Source: Candidatus Omnitrophota bacterium (lineage in GTDB: Bacteria; Omnitrophota; Gorgyraeia; Aquiviventales; Aquiviventaceae). From it: a stretch of 52,331 nt of DNA. The DNA is taken from the NCBI GenBank assembly GCA_016193175.1, contig JACPSR010000142.1, forward strand, positions 1 to 52,331. The letters run 5' to 3'. The stretch's first letter is position 1. Each line of letters starts with the position of its first letter. The position numbers and the translations under genes are program-made. Positions 9,502 through 18,642 of this stretch are shown here, piece by piece. The notes beneath the pieces were generated by a model. That model ran no database searches. It saw only the letters and a list, made by a program, of their open reading frames with translations, and was not told the DNA's origin.

Positions 9502-11580
9502 ATGGCTTTAAAGGTGTACCTGGGTGACCTTGTCCATAACGTCACGGCGGGCGGGAATGTGATGAGCGGGAACATAGATTTCACCGTTCCCTTGAACGTC
9601 GGGTGTATCGCCGCCAACCTTAAGAAAGAGCTGGGGGGCCAGGTAGATGTACGCCTCTTTAAGTATGCGAGCGACCTGCTTGCGGCCGTTGACCGGACGC
9701 CACCCGCCGTCCTGGGGGTTTCGAACTACGCGTGGAATAATGACTTGAATGACCAAATCGGCCAATACGTCAAGAAGTATTATCCTAACGTGTTCATCGT
9801 CATGGGAGGGCCGGCGATCCGCTCAACCCCTGGTGACATCGAGCAGTTTCTCAAAGCGCGGCGATGGCTCGATGCCTACGTAATGTACGAGGGGGAACAA
9901 CCCTGCCTTGATCTCATCCGGCATGTTCTGGATCGCGGGCCTGTGTTGGAGCACGCCCCCGGCCACCCCTTGAGAAATATCGCCTATCTCGCGAACGGTC
10001 AGTTCTATTATGCCCATGTCTCCATCACGGACCTCGGCGACGTCAATGAGTTTCCATCCCCGTATCTCACCGGATTGATGGACGAATTTTTGGAACAGCA
10101 ACTGATCCCCCTGTTTGAAACGAATCGTGGTTGCCCGTTCACGTGCACGTTCTGTGATTGGGGAATGGCGGCGATGAATAAGGTCAGGAAGTTCACCACG
10201 GAACGCGTATTTGGTGAATTCGAATACGTCGCGACGCGTTTCCCGAACTTTCCCGTTTGGATTTTTGCTGACGCCAACTTTGGGATCCTGCCGCGTGACG
10301 TCGACATCGCCAGGAAAATTCGTGAGGTTAAGGAGCGAACGGCCCTGACGCGCGTGATGACGTTTGACAGCAAGAATACGCACGACCGCAATACCGAAAT
10401 TTCCGAGATCCTTGGTCGGTATGAGCAGGTCCAGCAAATTTCAAACACCGGGATGGCTTACATGGCTCTTCAACATCTGTCCCCGAAGGTGTTGAGCCAC
10501 ATCAAGCGAACCAATATCAAGCTGGGAGATATCCCCAAGGTCGTGGACCGGTATCACAGCAATGGCGTCCGAGTCTCGACGGATATCTTGTTCGGCCTCC
10601 CGAGTGAGACCCTGGAAGACGCCTTTGAGTGTATGCGCCAAGTTTTCCGCCTCAAGTTTGATTACATTAACCTCAACCCCATCCTGATGTTGCCAGGAAG
10701 CGAAATGGAAACGGACGCATCACGTGAGCGGTATGCGTTAAAGACGAAATTTCTCATACGGCGCGGATCCTATGGGGAGTATGCGGGGCGCCATGAGACC
10801 ATCCGGGCCATGGAATTTGACGAAGTCGTCTGTGCAACCGATACGTTTCCCGAGAACGACCTCCTCACCTTTTACATCATTCGATGGCTCGTGTACTTCA
10901 GCTGGAACCATGGCCGCTTCGCACCGCTCTTGAAATATTTGGTGTCCTCGGACACGATCAATCCCATTGATGCGTTGGTCAGCGTCATGGAAACTACGAA
11001 CGTCCACATCAGGGAATTCTTCGACAATCTCCGGCGAGACCTCGCCGCCGTCATGTTCGAGACACCGCAGACGATGCGGGAGCACTTTTACCAGGAAGAC
11101 AACTGGAATGAGTTGTTATCCTACGTCAAGATTGAATTACGATACAATGCGCTCCTGTACAGGGATGCGCGGTTACATCACGAGTTATGCGACGTGATCG
11201 GTGAGGCCGTACGGGGCGTGGGAGACGAGCGGGTGGCCAGGGAGCTCCTCACGTACCTCAAGGAAAATTATGTCGACCTGCACGCAATCGCCAATAACGA
11301 GCCGTGTCCCGAGAAACGGTTCACGATGGTGGGAGAGGCGCTCTCGTACATCAACAACAAAAATCTGAATGGCCACGCCCTTGACAGCAACAAGGAGTAT
11401 GAGGTCGTCCTATCTCAATCAGCCGCCGAGCAGTCCGTCACACGTGACCTGTTGCACAAGCATGGATATACCACGGATCCCATCAATGCGATTGAGCGGT
11501 TGCTCGGCGCCCGCTATGCCTCCGCGAACTACACGTGTCACGTTGCGGGTGCAGGCACGCACGTTCTGGTTGCCTCATAG
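9502..11580 (+). CDS. B12-binding radical SAM protein (large)
   Basis: AGGAGG RBS; GVSNYAWN, VMGGP, YEGE, ETNRGCPFTCTFCDW, FADANFG, GLPSET, MLPGSEM. Confidence 0.88.
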   Translation: MALKVYLGDLVHNVTAGGNVMSGNIDFTVPLNVGCIAANLKKELGGQVDVRLFKYASDLLAAVDRTPPAVLGVSNYAWNNDLNDQIGQYVKKYYPNVFIVMGGPAIRSTPGDIEQFLKARRWLDAYVMYEGEQPCLDLIRHVLDRGPVLEHAPGHPLRNIAYLANGQFYYAHVSITDLGDVNEFPSPYLTGLMDEFLEQQLIPLFETNRGCPFTCTFCDWGMAAMNKVRKFTTERVFGEFEYVATRFPNFPVWIFADANFGILPRDVDIARKIREVKERTALTRVMTFDSKNTHDRNTEISEILGRYEQVQQISNTGMAYMALQHLSPKVLSHIKRTNIKLGDIPKVVDRYHSNGVRVSTDILFGLPSETLEDAFECMRQVFRLKFDYINLNPILMLPGSEMETDASRERYALKTKFLIRRGSYGEYAGRHETIRAMEFDEVVCATDTFPENDLLTFYIIRWLVYFSWNHGRFAPLLKYLVSSDTINPIDALVSVMETTNVHIREFFDNLRRDLAAVMFETPQTMREHFYQEDNWNELLSYVKIELRYNALLYRDARLHHELCDVIGEAVRGVGDERVARELLTYLKENYVDLHAIANNEPCPEKRFTMVGEALSYINNKNLNGHALDSNKEYEVVLSQSAAEQSVTRDLLHKHGYTTDPINAIERLLGARYASANYTCHVAGAGTHVLVAS

Positions 11581-11704
11581 ATGGTGGCGCCGTGTCGAGT
11601 GAGCGGAATCTGACGGCTCACGTAGATCCCTCCTGACCATACCCCTGCTCCCGACATCTCGTTCATAGATCGTTGACACGCTCGCACGATTTCCCAGGTG
11701 ACGG

Positions 11705-11833
11705 TCAAGCAGCCAGGAGTTCGGCAGCCCCGGCCAGCTCCTCCTTGGTGATGTGCGTGGAGATCCGGGTCGTGGCAATATCCGCGTGGCCCAGGTAGTC
11801 CTGCGCCAGCGTAGCATTGTTCTCACTGCCCAT
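11705..11833 (-). pseudogene. Tyrosine recombinase/integrase C-terminal remnant
   Basis: MGSENNATLAQDYLGHADIATTRISTHITKEELAGAAELLAA*: Box II LGH..I.TT.I(Y)TH with the catalytic Tyr position as Ser (TCC). Confidence 0.8.
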
Positions 11834-11916
11834 CAAATCTACTGAGCGCGTTTCATGGTGCTAACGTCCCTACTATGGTTTGAAGCCGTACCCCTTGAAA
11901 AGATTGGGGTCACCCT

Positions 11917-12165
11917 GCGGTGTTGAACCTCTCGCCCACCTGGATTCCGTATCATCTGTATGGGTTTAACCCTCGCGCGTTGCGGGTCCTCCTGCACAAG
12001 CATGGCTTCGAGATGACCAGCGTGCGGATTTACGCCATCCCGACCATTCCAGCGACCTCGGCGTTCGAGGATCGCTTCAACGCGTCTGTCGCCACGCAAA
12101 TCTGCCGCGTCGCCAACCTGACAGGGACCGCCAGCAATCTGTACGTCTGGGCACGACGCTCGTAG
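11917..12165 (+). pseudogene. Direct repeat, copy 2: orphan 3' fragment of a methyltransferase paralog
   Basis: About 90% identical to 8776-9024; no 5' part of the gene. Confidence 0.92.
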
Positions 12166-12191
12166 GGAAGATTGCCGTGGTGCGTTTGTTG

Positions 12192-12219
12192 TTGACAAGC
12201 AGACTCTAAAGGGTACAAT
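12192..12219 (+). promoter_or_regulatory. Sigma70 promoter of the large operon
   Basis: TTGACA-N16-TACAAT. Confidence 0.7.
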
Positions 12220-12227
12220 AGCGCATG

Positions 12228-12248
12228 GTTGTTCACGGCGCGAACAAC
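12228..12248. promoter_or_regulatory. Palindromic operator 1
   Basis: GTTGTTC-ACGGCGC-GAACAAC just downstream of the -10. Confidence 0.7.
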
Positions 12249-12354
12249 GGGCTTGGCGATCAGGGCTCGTGGCGTGTCGTCAACCGTCTTGTCGTGGTTC
12301 CTCATCCGTAGTTGACATTTCATGCGCCTCCCAGGGATGAAGTGGTATGTCTAT

Positions 12355-12377
12355 GGCTGTTCATGGCGTGAACAGCC
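12355..12377. promoter_or_regulatory. Palindromic operator 2
   Basis: GGCTGTTCA-TGGCG-TGAACAGCC, same core as operator 1. Confidence 0.7.
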
Positions 12378-12416
12378 GACCTGCGTGATCGCCAGTTCTC
12401 TCCCTCCGCTCTCAAG

Positions 12417-13097
12417 ATGAACTCCAGTACCTACCGGGACATGCATCTCTTGAACGAGCTGACCTCCAGTCCCGGGGTGACCCAGCGAGAGCTCTCCAAG
12501 CGCATCGGCGTGGCCTTGGGGCTCACCAACCTCATGCTGCGCCGACTGGCCAAAAAAGGCTACATCAAGATCACGGGGACCAAACGCAGCCGCATCCGCT
12601 ATCTCATCACGCCGCAGGGCATCCTCGAGAAGACCCGCCTGACGTACGAGTTTATCCACTACTCCATGCAATTGTACGGTGGCGTGCGCCGCTTCCTGCG
12701 CGAGCGGCTGGCGATCTTGGCACGAGCCGGCGACCGACGGATTCTGCTTTACGGGACCGATGAGCTGGCCGAGATCGCTTTTCTCATCACTCAGGAGATG
12801 GGACTCGAATTGGTGGGCATCGTCGAAGAGCCTCCCACATGGCAGCGATTTCTTGGTCATTCGGTCCTCACGATCGGGGCGGTGTCCTCGCTGAGCTATG
12901 ATCGGATCATTGTGGCCTCGTTACGGGATCGGCGCGCACAGATCCAACAGTTGGTGGCGCTGGGGGTGAGTCCGGAGCGGATGATCATTCTGCCGATCCC
13001 CGGCATGCCGCTCGATCTGGAGGGGATCGTCGCAGCGCCGGCCACGGCGACGTGGGTTCCGGCAGACCTGGCGTTGACTCCGGGAGGCGCACCGTGA
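12417..13097 (+). CDS. Winged-helix (MarR-like, EPS-cluster-associated) transcriptional regulator with C-terminal Rossmann-like domain
   Basis: TQRELSKRIGVALGLTN...KKGYIK...YLITPQGILEK; ILLYGTDELAEI. Confidence 0.88.
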   Translation: MNSSTYRDMHLLNELTSSPGVTQRELSKRIGVALGLTNLMLRRLAKKGYIKITGTKRSRIRYLITPQGILEKTRLTYEFIHYSMQLYGGVRRFLRERLAILARAGDRRILLYGTDELAEIAFLITQEMGLELVGIVEEPPTWQRFLGHSVLTIGAVSSLSYDRIIVASLRDRRAQIQQLVALGVSPERMIILPIPGMPLDLEGIVAAPATATWVPADLALTPGGAP

Positions 13098-13237
13098 TCC
13101 CACGCCCTGGCTGTCCCGCCGAAGGCGGGGCCAAACACCACGTGACGTACGACCAAAGGCAACTAGCCTCTGTGAATGCAGACTCCGAGAGTTTGGCGGG
13201 TTCGCCATGGGCGAACCCCAGCCAGGGCGTGGGATGA
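13094..13237. repeat. Junction element 1 (MITE/REP-like, 17-bp terminal inverted repeats)
   Basis: ATCCCACGCCCTGGCTG (13097-13113) / CAGCCAGGGCGTGGGAT (13219-13235), perfect; internal hairpins CCCGCC-GAA-GGCGGG and GGGTTCGCC-ATG-GGCGAACCC. Confidence 0.85.
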
Positions 13238-14256
13238 AGCGCGTCCTGATCACGGGCGGTGCCGGCTACGTCGGCTGCATGGTGGTCCCCAAGTTACTGG
13301 AAGCCGGCTACGCCGTCGTGGTCTACGACCTGATGCTGTTTGGCTCACATGGCTTGCCCACCCACCCGCACCTGCGCGTTGTCGAAGCAGACATCCGAGA
13401 TACGGCGCGGTTCTCTTCAGCCCTCGACGGCGTGCACAGTGTGATCCACTTGGCGTGCATTTCCAACGATCCAAGTTTTGAATTGGATTCGGCGTTGGGC
13501 AAGTCGATTAACTTTGACTGCTTTGACTCCTTGGTGGCTGCCTGCCGGTCGGCCGGGGTACGACGTTTCATCTACGCCTCGACCAGTTCCGTGTATGGGC
13601 TCAGCGACGCTCCGGAGGTGAGCGAGGAGCATCCCCTGGCCCCGCTGACGGACTACAGCCGGTACAAAGCCTTGTGTGAACCGATCCTGCTGCGTTACCA
13701 ATCCCCTGAGTTCACCACGGTGGTGCTCAGACCGGCGACGGTCTGCGGCTACTCACCGCGCATGCGCTTTGACTTGACGGTCAACATCCTGACGAATCAC
13801 GCGGTGAACCGTCGCGTCATCACGATCTTTGGAGGATCCCAGCGGCGCCCCAACATGCACATTGACGATCTGGCGGAACTGTATGTGCAGCTCCTGCAGG
13901 TTCCTGATGACCTCGTGGCCGGAGAGGTGTTTAACGCCGGCTACCAGAACCGCACGGTGGCGGACCTTGCGGAGATGGTTCGCCGTGTCGTTGAACGCGA
14001 GATTCCTGAGACAATCCCCATCCAGATTCAGACGAGCCCGACGGATGATCTCCGGTCGTACCATATTTCGTCCAAGAAGATCGCTCAGCGACTCAGGTTT
14101 ATTCCCAAGCGGACGATCGAGGATGCCATCCGTGATCTCTGCCGCGCCTTCAAGGCAGGGAAACTCCCGAACAGCCTCACGGACGAGCGGTACGTGAACG
14201 TGAAGACGGTCAAACAGCTTGCCGCGCGCTTGCGCCTGGAGCCGGTTGGGTCATGA
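13234..14256 (+). CDS. NAD-dependent epimerase/dehydratase
   Basis: GGAGYVG, HLACISNDP, YSRYK, RPATVCGYSPRMRFDL. Confidence 0.9.
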   Translation: MKRVLITGGAGYVGCMVVPKLLEAGYAVVVYDLMLFGSHGLPTHPHLRVVEADIRDTARFSSALDGVHSVIHLACISNDPSFELDSALGKSINFDCFDSLVAACRSAGVRRFIYASTSSVYGLSDAPEVSEEHPLAPLTDYSRYKALCEPILLRYQSPEFTTVVLRPATVCGYSPRMRFDLTVNILTNHAVNRRVITIFGGSQRRPNMHIDDLAELYVQLLQVPDDLVAGEVFNAGYQNRTVADLAEMVRRVVEREIPETIPIQIQTSPTDDLRSYHISSKKIAQRLRFIPKRTIEDAIRDLCRAFKAGKLPNSLTDERYVNVKTVKQLAARLRLEPVGS

Positions 14257-14387
14257 TCCCCCCACCTACGGCGGGCTGTCAAAGACAGCCCATGCCACCT
14301 GAGCGCAGGACAAGCTGGCTCCCTCCCTACCGGAATGATGGGTGCATTGCCACGCCAAAGGCGTGGCAGCCGCAGGTGGGGGGATGA
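14253..14387. repeat. Junction element 2
   Basis: ATCCCCCCACCTACGGC / GCCGCAGGTGGGGGGAT (1 mismatch); hairpins GGGCTGTC-AAA-GACAGCCC and TGCCACGCC-AAA-GGCGTGGCA. Confidence 0.85.
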
Positions 14388-15382
14388 GTCCGATGCCCCC
14401 CTGTGCCGTGGTAACCGGAGGGGCAGGGTTCATCGGCAGCCACATGGTCGACCTGTTGCTCGATCAGGGCTATCAGGTCCGCGCGGTGGACAACCTCTCC
14501 TGCGGCCGCTGGGACAACCTCGCTCATCATGCCGACAATCCCCGCATGACGTTTGAGCAGCGGGACATCCGGACGCTGCGGCCTGATGAGACGCTCTTCC
14601 AGGGGGTGGAGTCCGTCTTTCATTTCGCCGGGGTCGCCGATATCGTCCCCTCCATTGAGCGGCCCGCCGACTACCTCTTGAACAATGTGATGGGAACCGT
14701 GTGTGTCCTGGAAGCCGCGCGGCACGCGAGGGCGCAGAAAGTGGTGTACGCCGCGTCCTCATCCTGCTACGGCCTTGCGACAGAACTTCCGACGACGGAG
14801 CACGCCCCGATCAGTCCGGAGTATCCGTACGCCCTGAGTAAGTTCTTAGGCGAGCAGGCGGTCCTGCACTGGGGCAAGGTGTACGGGATGCCTGTCGTGT
14901 CCCTTCGAATCTTCAACGCCTATGGCCCGCGCTCGCGCACCACCGGCGCCTATGGGGCGGTCTTTGGTGTGTTTCTGGCCCAGAAACTTGCCGGAAAGCC
15001 CTTCACGGTGGTCGGGGACGGAACCCAACGGCGGGACTTCGCGTTCGTGACGGATGTGGCGCGGGCGTTCTTCCTGGCCGCGGTATCTGACGTGGATCAC
15101 GGGGTCTTTAACGTGGGCACGGGCGCACCCCAATCGATCAACCGTCTCGTGGAGTTGCTCGGCGGCGAGGTGGTGCACATCCCAAAACGGCCCGGGGAGC
15201 CCGACTGTACGTGGGCTGACATCACGACGATCAAGCGACGTCTGGGTTGGGAATCCCACGTGTCGTTTGAAGAGGGGGTGAGGACCATGCTGGAGCGGAT
15301 CGAGGCCTGGCGCGATGCCCCCGTGTGGACGCCTGAGTCGATCGCCGAAGCCACCCAAGAATGGTTCGCATGCCTGAGATAA
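14384..15382 (+). CDS. NAD-dependent epimerase/dehydratase
   Basis: [39 protein letters not shown]. Confidence 0.9.
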   Translation: MSPMPPCAVVTGGAGFIGSHMVDLLLDQGYQVRAVDNLSCGRWDNLAHHADNPRMTFEQRDIRTLRPDETLFQGVESVFHFAGVADIVPSIERPADYLLNNVMGTVCVLEAARHARAQKVVYAASSSCYGLATELPTTEHAPISPEYPYALSKFLGEQAVLHWGKVYGMPVVSLRIFNAYGPRSRTTGAYGAVFGVFLAQKLAGKPFTVVGDGTQRRDFAFVTDVARAFFLAAVSDVDHGVFNVGTGAPQSINRLVELLGGEVVHIPKRPGEPDCTWADITTIKRRLGWESHVSFEEGVRTMLERIEAWRDAPVWTPESIAEATQEWFACLR

Positions 15383-16947
15383 TTGCGCCCGCGTCACCGC
15401 TTCCTTCATCCCCGGCGACTCCAAGGACGACGGAGAAAATCAAACCCCTGGCTGAACTGGCTGCCATCATGACTGGCCTCAAGGCGCAGGGCCAGCGCGT
15501 CGTCCACTGTCATGGCGTGTTCGATCTGCTCCATGTGGGACACATCCGCCATTTCGAGATGGCCAAACGAGAGGGTGATGTCTTGGTGGTGACGGTGACG
15601 CCGGATGCGTTCGTGAACAAGGGGCCTGGGCGACCGCTCTTCAATCAACACCTGCGCGCGGAATCGCTGGCCGCGTTGGAGTGTGTCGCCTACGTGGCCA
15701 TCAACGAGTGGCCCACCGCCGTCGAGACGATTCGCCTCTTGCGGCCCGATGTGTATGCCAAAGGGAAGGAATACGCCGACGCGACCCAGGACGTGACGGG
15801 AAAGATCCGTGAGGAAACGCAGGCCGTCCAGGACGTGGGGGGACGCATCTGCTTCACGGACGACATCACCTTCAGCTCATCCCAGTTGATCAACGATGGC
15901 TTCAGCGTGTTCCCTCCGAAGACTGCGCAGTGGCTGCGGTCCTTCAAGCAGCGCTATTCGGTGGGCGATGTGACGGAGGCGTTGGACCGCACGACGACGC
16001 TCAAGGCCCTGGTTGTGGGGGAGGCGATCATCGATGAGTACGTCTTCTGTGACGGCTTGGGCAAATCCTCGAAAGATCCTGTCTTAGCCTTCCAGTACCG
16101 CTCCACAGAGACGTTTGCCGGCGGGAGCCTGGCAGTTGCGAACCACCTGGCTGGCTTCTGCCGCGAGGTGAGCCTGATCACGGCGCTCGGGGCTTCGGAT
16201 CGCAGCGAGGAGTTCGTGCGCCAGGCGCTGCGCTCGAACGTCCAGTCGCACTTCGTGACGTGGCATGGAGCGCCGACCATCCACAAGCGCCGCTTCGTCG
16301 ACACGCATACCAGCGCAAGGATGTTCGAGCTGTACCTGATGGTTGATGAGCCGCTGGCCAGGGCAACGCAAGCCGACATTCTCCGCGCCCTGCGGCGCGA
16401 GGTGGATCGCTATGATGTGGTCATTGTGGCGGATTACGGGCACGGGATGCTCACGCCGCCCGTGATCAAGCTGCTGTGCGACCGTGCGCGGTTCCTCGCG
16501 GTCAACACCCAGGCCAACGCCGGCAATCGAGGGTTCAACACGATCTCGAGGTACCCCCGCGCTGACTACGTGTGTCTCGCGGGGCATGAGGTGGCGCTGG
16601 AGACCCGCCTGCGGCACGCCGATCAGCGCGAGCTCATCCTGGAAGTCACCAAGCGGATCACCTGTCCGCGGTTCACGGTGACCCAGGGGAGAGGTGGGGT
16701 CCTCCATTACGAGTCAGGTGTGGGGTTCACCGAAGTCCCGGCCTTGGCGACCAAGGTGATCGATCGTGTGGGCGCGGGTGATGCGGTCTTGGCGGTGACC
16801 TCGCTGTTGGTGGCGCAGGGGATTCCCTGGGAGATCGTTGGGTTTGTGGGCAACGTCGCCGGTGCCCAGATGGTGGCGGAGCTTGGCAACCAGGTGACGA
16901 TCGATCGTGTCTCAATGACCAAGGGTGCCGTGGCGCTCATGAAGTGA
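15370..16947 (+). CDS. Bifunctional cytidylyltransferase-like / PfkB sugar kinase (HldE-like, reversed domain order)
   Basis: N-terminal HGVFDLLHVGHIRH; C-terminal DRVGAGDA PfkB signature. Confidence 0.88.
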   Translation: MPEIIAPASPLPSSPATPRTTEKIKPLAELAAIMTGLKAQGQRVVHCHGVFDLLHVGHIRHFEMAKREGDVLVVTVTPDAFVNKGPGRPLFNQHLRAESLAALECVAYVAINEWPTAVETIRLLRPDVYAKGKEYADATQDVTGKIREETQAVQDVGGRICFTDDITFSSSQLINDGFSVFPPKTAQWLRSFKQRYSVGDVTEALDRTTTLKALVVGEAIIDEYVFCDGLGKSSKDPVLAFQYRSTETFAGGSLAVANHLAGFCREVSLITALGASDRSEEFVRQALRSNVQSHFVTWHGAPTIHKRRFVDTHTSARMFELYLMVDEPLARATQADILRALRREVDRYDVVIVADYGHGMLTPPVIKLLCDRARFLAVNTQANAGNRGFNTISRYPRADYVCLAGHEVALETRLRHADQRELILEVTKRITCPRFTVTQGRGGVLHYESGVGFTEVPALATKVIDRVGAGDAVLAVTSLLVAQGIPWEIVGFVGNVAGAQMVAELGNQVTIDRVSMTKGAVALMK

Positions 16948-17591
16948 GCTGGCCGCGGCAGAGCGCGAGGATGATCGGCGTCGATTTCGATAACACCGTC
17001 GTCCGCTACGATGACGTGATGTACCGCGAGGCGCGATCCAGAAGATTGATCGATCCCTCGACGGTTTCCTCGAAGCGCGCCATCCGCGATCAGATTCGGC
17101 GGCTGCCGGATGGTGAGCGGGAGTGGCAACAGCTGCAGGCCATCGTGTATGGGCCCGAAATCCATGAGGCGTCCCTCACCGACGGAGTCGAGGCATTCTT
17201 CCGGACCTGTCGGGAACACGACATCCGCGTGGTCATCATCAGTCACAAGACGACCTACGCCAGTGTCGATGAGACGCAGACGAATCTCCGGATCGCCGCC
17301 TTGGCGTGGATGCGCCGGCATCGAGTGTTCGACCGGAGTGGGTTCGGGTTGTCGAGCGCCGATGTGTATTTTGCCTCCAGTCGACAAGAGAAGATCGCGT
17401 GGATTTCCCGACTTGGGTGTACGGCCTTCATTGATGATCTGGAGGAGACGTTTGCTGAACCGGATTTTCCATCCGATGTCGACAAGATCCTGTACGCTCC
17501 CCACGGACCAATCTCGACGTTGCCGGCGGTGAAGACCATGACCAGTTGGCAGGAAATCCGCGATGCCCTCTTCGCTCCTGTTCAATCCTGA
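16944..17591 (+). CDS. HAD-superfamily hydrolase-like protein
   Basis: IGVDFDNTV, ISHKT, FIDDL. Confidence 0.8.
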   Translation: MSWPRQSARMIGVDFDNTVVRYDDVMYREARSRRLIDPSTVSSKRAIRDQIRRLPDGEREWQQLQAIVYGPEIHEASLTDGVEAFFRTCREHDIRVVIISHKTTYASVDETQTNLRIAALAWMRRHRVFDRSGFGLSSADVYFASSRQEKIAWISRLGCTAFIDDLEETFAEPDFPSDVDKILYAPHGPISTLPAVKTMTSWQEIRDALFAPVQS

Positions 17592-17601
17592 GGTGAAGCC
17601 G

Positions 17602-18642
17602 ATGGACCTGGCCGGAACGCTCGGCCATCTCCTCGGTGCGTCGGTGACGGACCTCGAGGCGATCGGGAATGGACGGAACAGCCAGGTGTATCGCGTGCGC
17701 TGCAGCGATCAACGCCTCTACGCGGCCAAGCGCTACCCCCGCCATCCGTCGGATGCGCGTGATCGATTGGCCACCGAGTTTGATAGCCTACAGTTTCTCT
17801 GGGATGCCGGAATCAGGACGATTCCCCAGCCGGTGGTCGAGGATCGGAGGGCAGGGATGGCCGTGTATGCGTTCATCGATGGAGCGCGGATCCATTCGGA
17901 GCACGTCACGCCTCACGACGTGGACGCGGCGGTTGAGTTTCTGGCAGCCCTGAGGGCGCTGCGAGACCACCCCGAGAGTCATCGGCTGCCGGCGGCTTCT
18001 GAAGCCTGTTTTACTCTTGGAGCCATCGGTGACACCATCGAGGCAAGACTCGGCCGACTGGCCGCGACGGATGCTGAGGGTCCACTGCGTGGGGCCCTTG
18101 AGGACTTCCTCCATCAGGAGTTCAGGCCGGCGTTCCATCGAGTCATGCGGTGGTGTGTGGAGTTGGCTGAACAGGCAGGCCAGTCGGTAACCGAAGAGCT
18201 GCCACAGACATTCAGGACGTTGAGTCCATCCGACGTTGGCTTCCATAACGCTTTGCGCTGTCCGGAAGGCCGGATCGTGTTTGTGGATTTTGAGCATTTC
18301 GGGTGGGACGACCCGGCGAAGATGATCGCCGACTTTCTTCTGCATCCCGCAATGGCGCTCTCCGAGGACCTCAAGCGGTATGTGGTGAGTCGGCTGCTCG
18401 CATGTTTCAAGGAGCAGGTGGCTCTCGGCCTTCGCCTCAGGCTGGTCTACCCCCTCTTTGGGTTGAAGTGGTGCATGATTTTGTTGAATGAGTTCGTCCC
18501 ACAGGATCGGCGGCGACGAGACTTCGCGACGTTTCCATTGCGCGTCCCTGAGGCACTTCAGGCCGAGCAGTTGGCCAAGGCTCGATGGAAACTCCAAAAG
18601 ATCCTTCAGACCTATGAGCGGTTCCCCTACGCTGATCACTGA
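17602..18642 (+). CDS. Aminoglycoside-phosphotransferase-like kinase
   Basis: GRNSQVY, AKRY, SPSDVGFHN, FVDFEHFGWDDP; GAGGTG RBS. Confidence 0.8.
   Translation: MDLAGTLGHLLGASVTDLEAIGNGRNSQVYRVRCSDQRLYAAKRYPRHPSDARDRLATEFDSLQFLWDAGIRTIPQPVVEDRRAGMAVYAFIDGARIHSEHVTPHDVDAAVEFLAALRALRDHPESHRLPAASEACFTLGAIGDTIEARLGRLAATDAEGPLRGALEDFLHQEFRPAFHRVMRWCVELAEQAGQSVTEELPQTFRTLSPSDVGFHNALRCPEGRIVFVDFEHFGWDDPAKMIADFLLHPAMALSEDLKRYVVSRLLACFKEQVALGLRLRLVYPLFGLKWCMILLNEFVPQDRRRRDFATFPLRVPEALQAEQLAKARWKLQKILQTYERFPYADH

Noticed and set aside
8776-12165. Diversity-generating retroelement TR/VR pair
   Set aside because: Mismatches are not adenine-specific, many are synonymous, and there is no reverse transcriptase in the window.
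12312-12351. Second promoter starting at TTGACA 12312
   Set aside because: No credible -10 at 16-18 nt spacing.
13094-14387. CRISPR array, or rho-independent terminators at the junction hairpins
   Set aside because: No regularly spaced identical repeats or cas genes; the hairpins lack U tracts.
17602-18642. Aminoglycoside resistance gene
   Set aside because: Only the APH-like fold is evident; its position inside a sugar operon points to a biosynthetic kinase.
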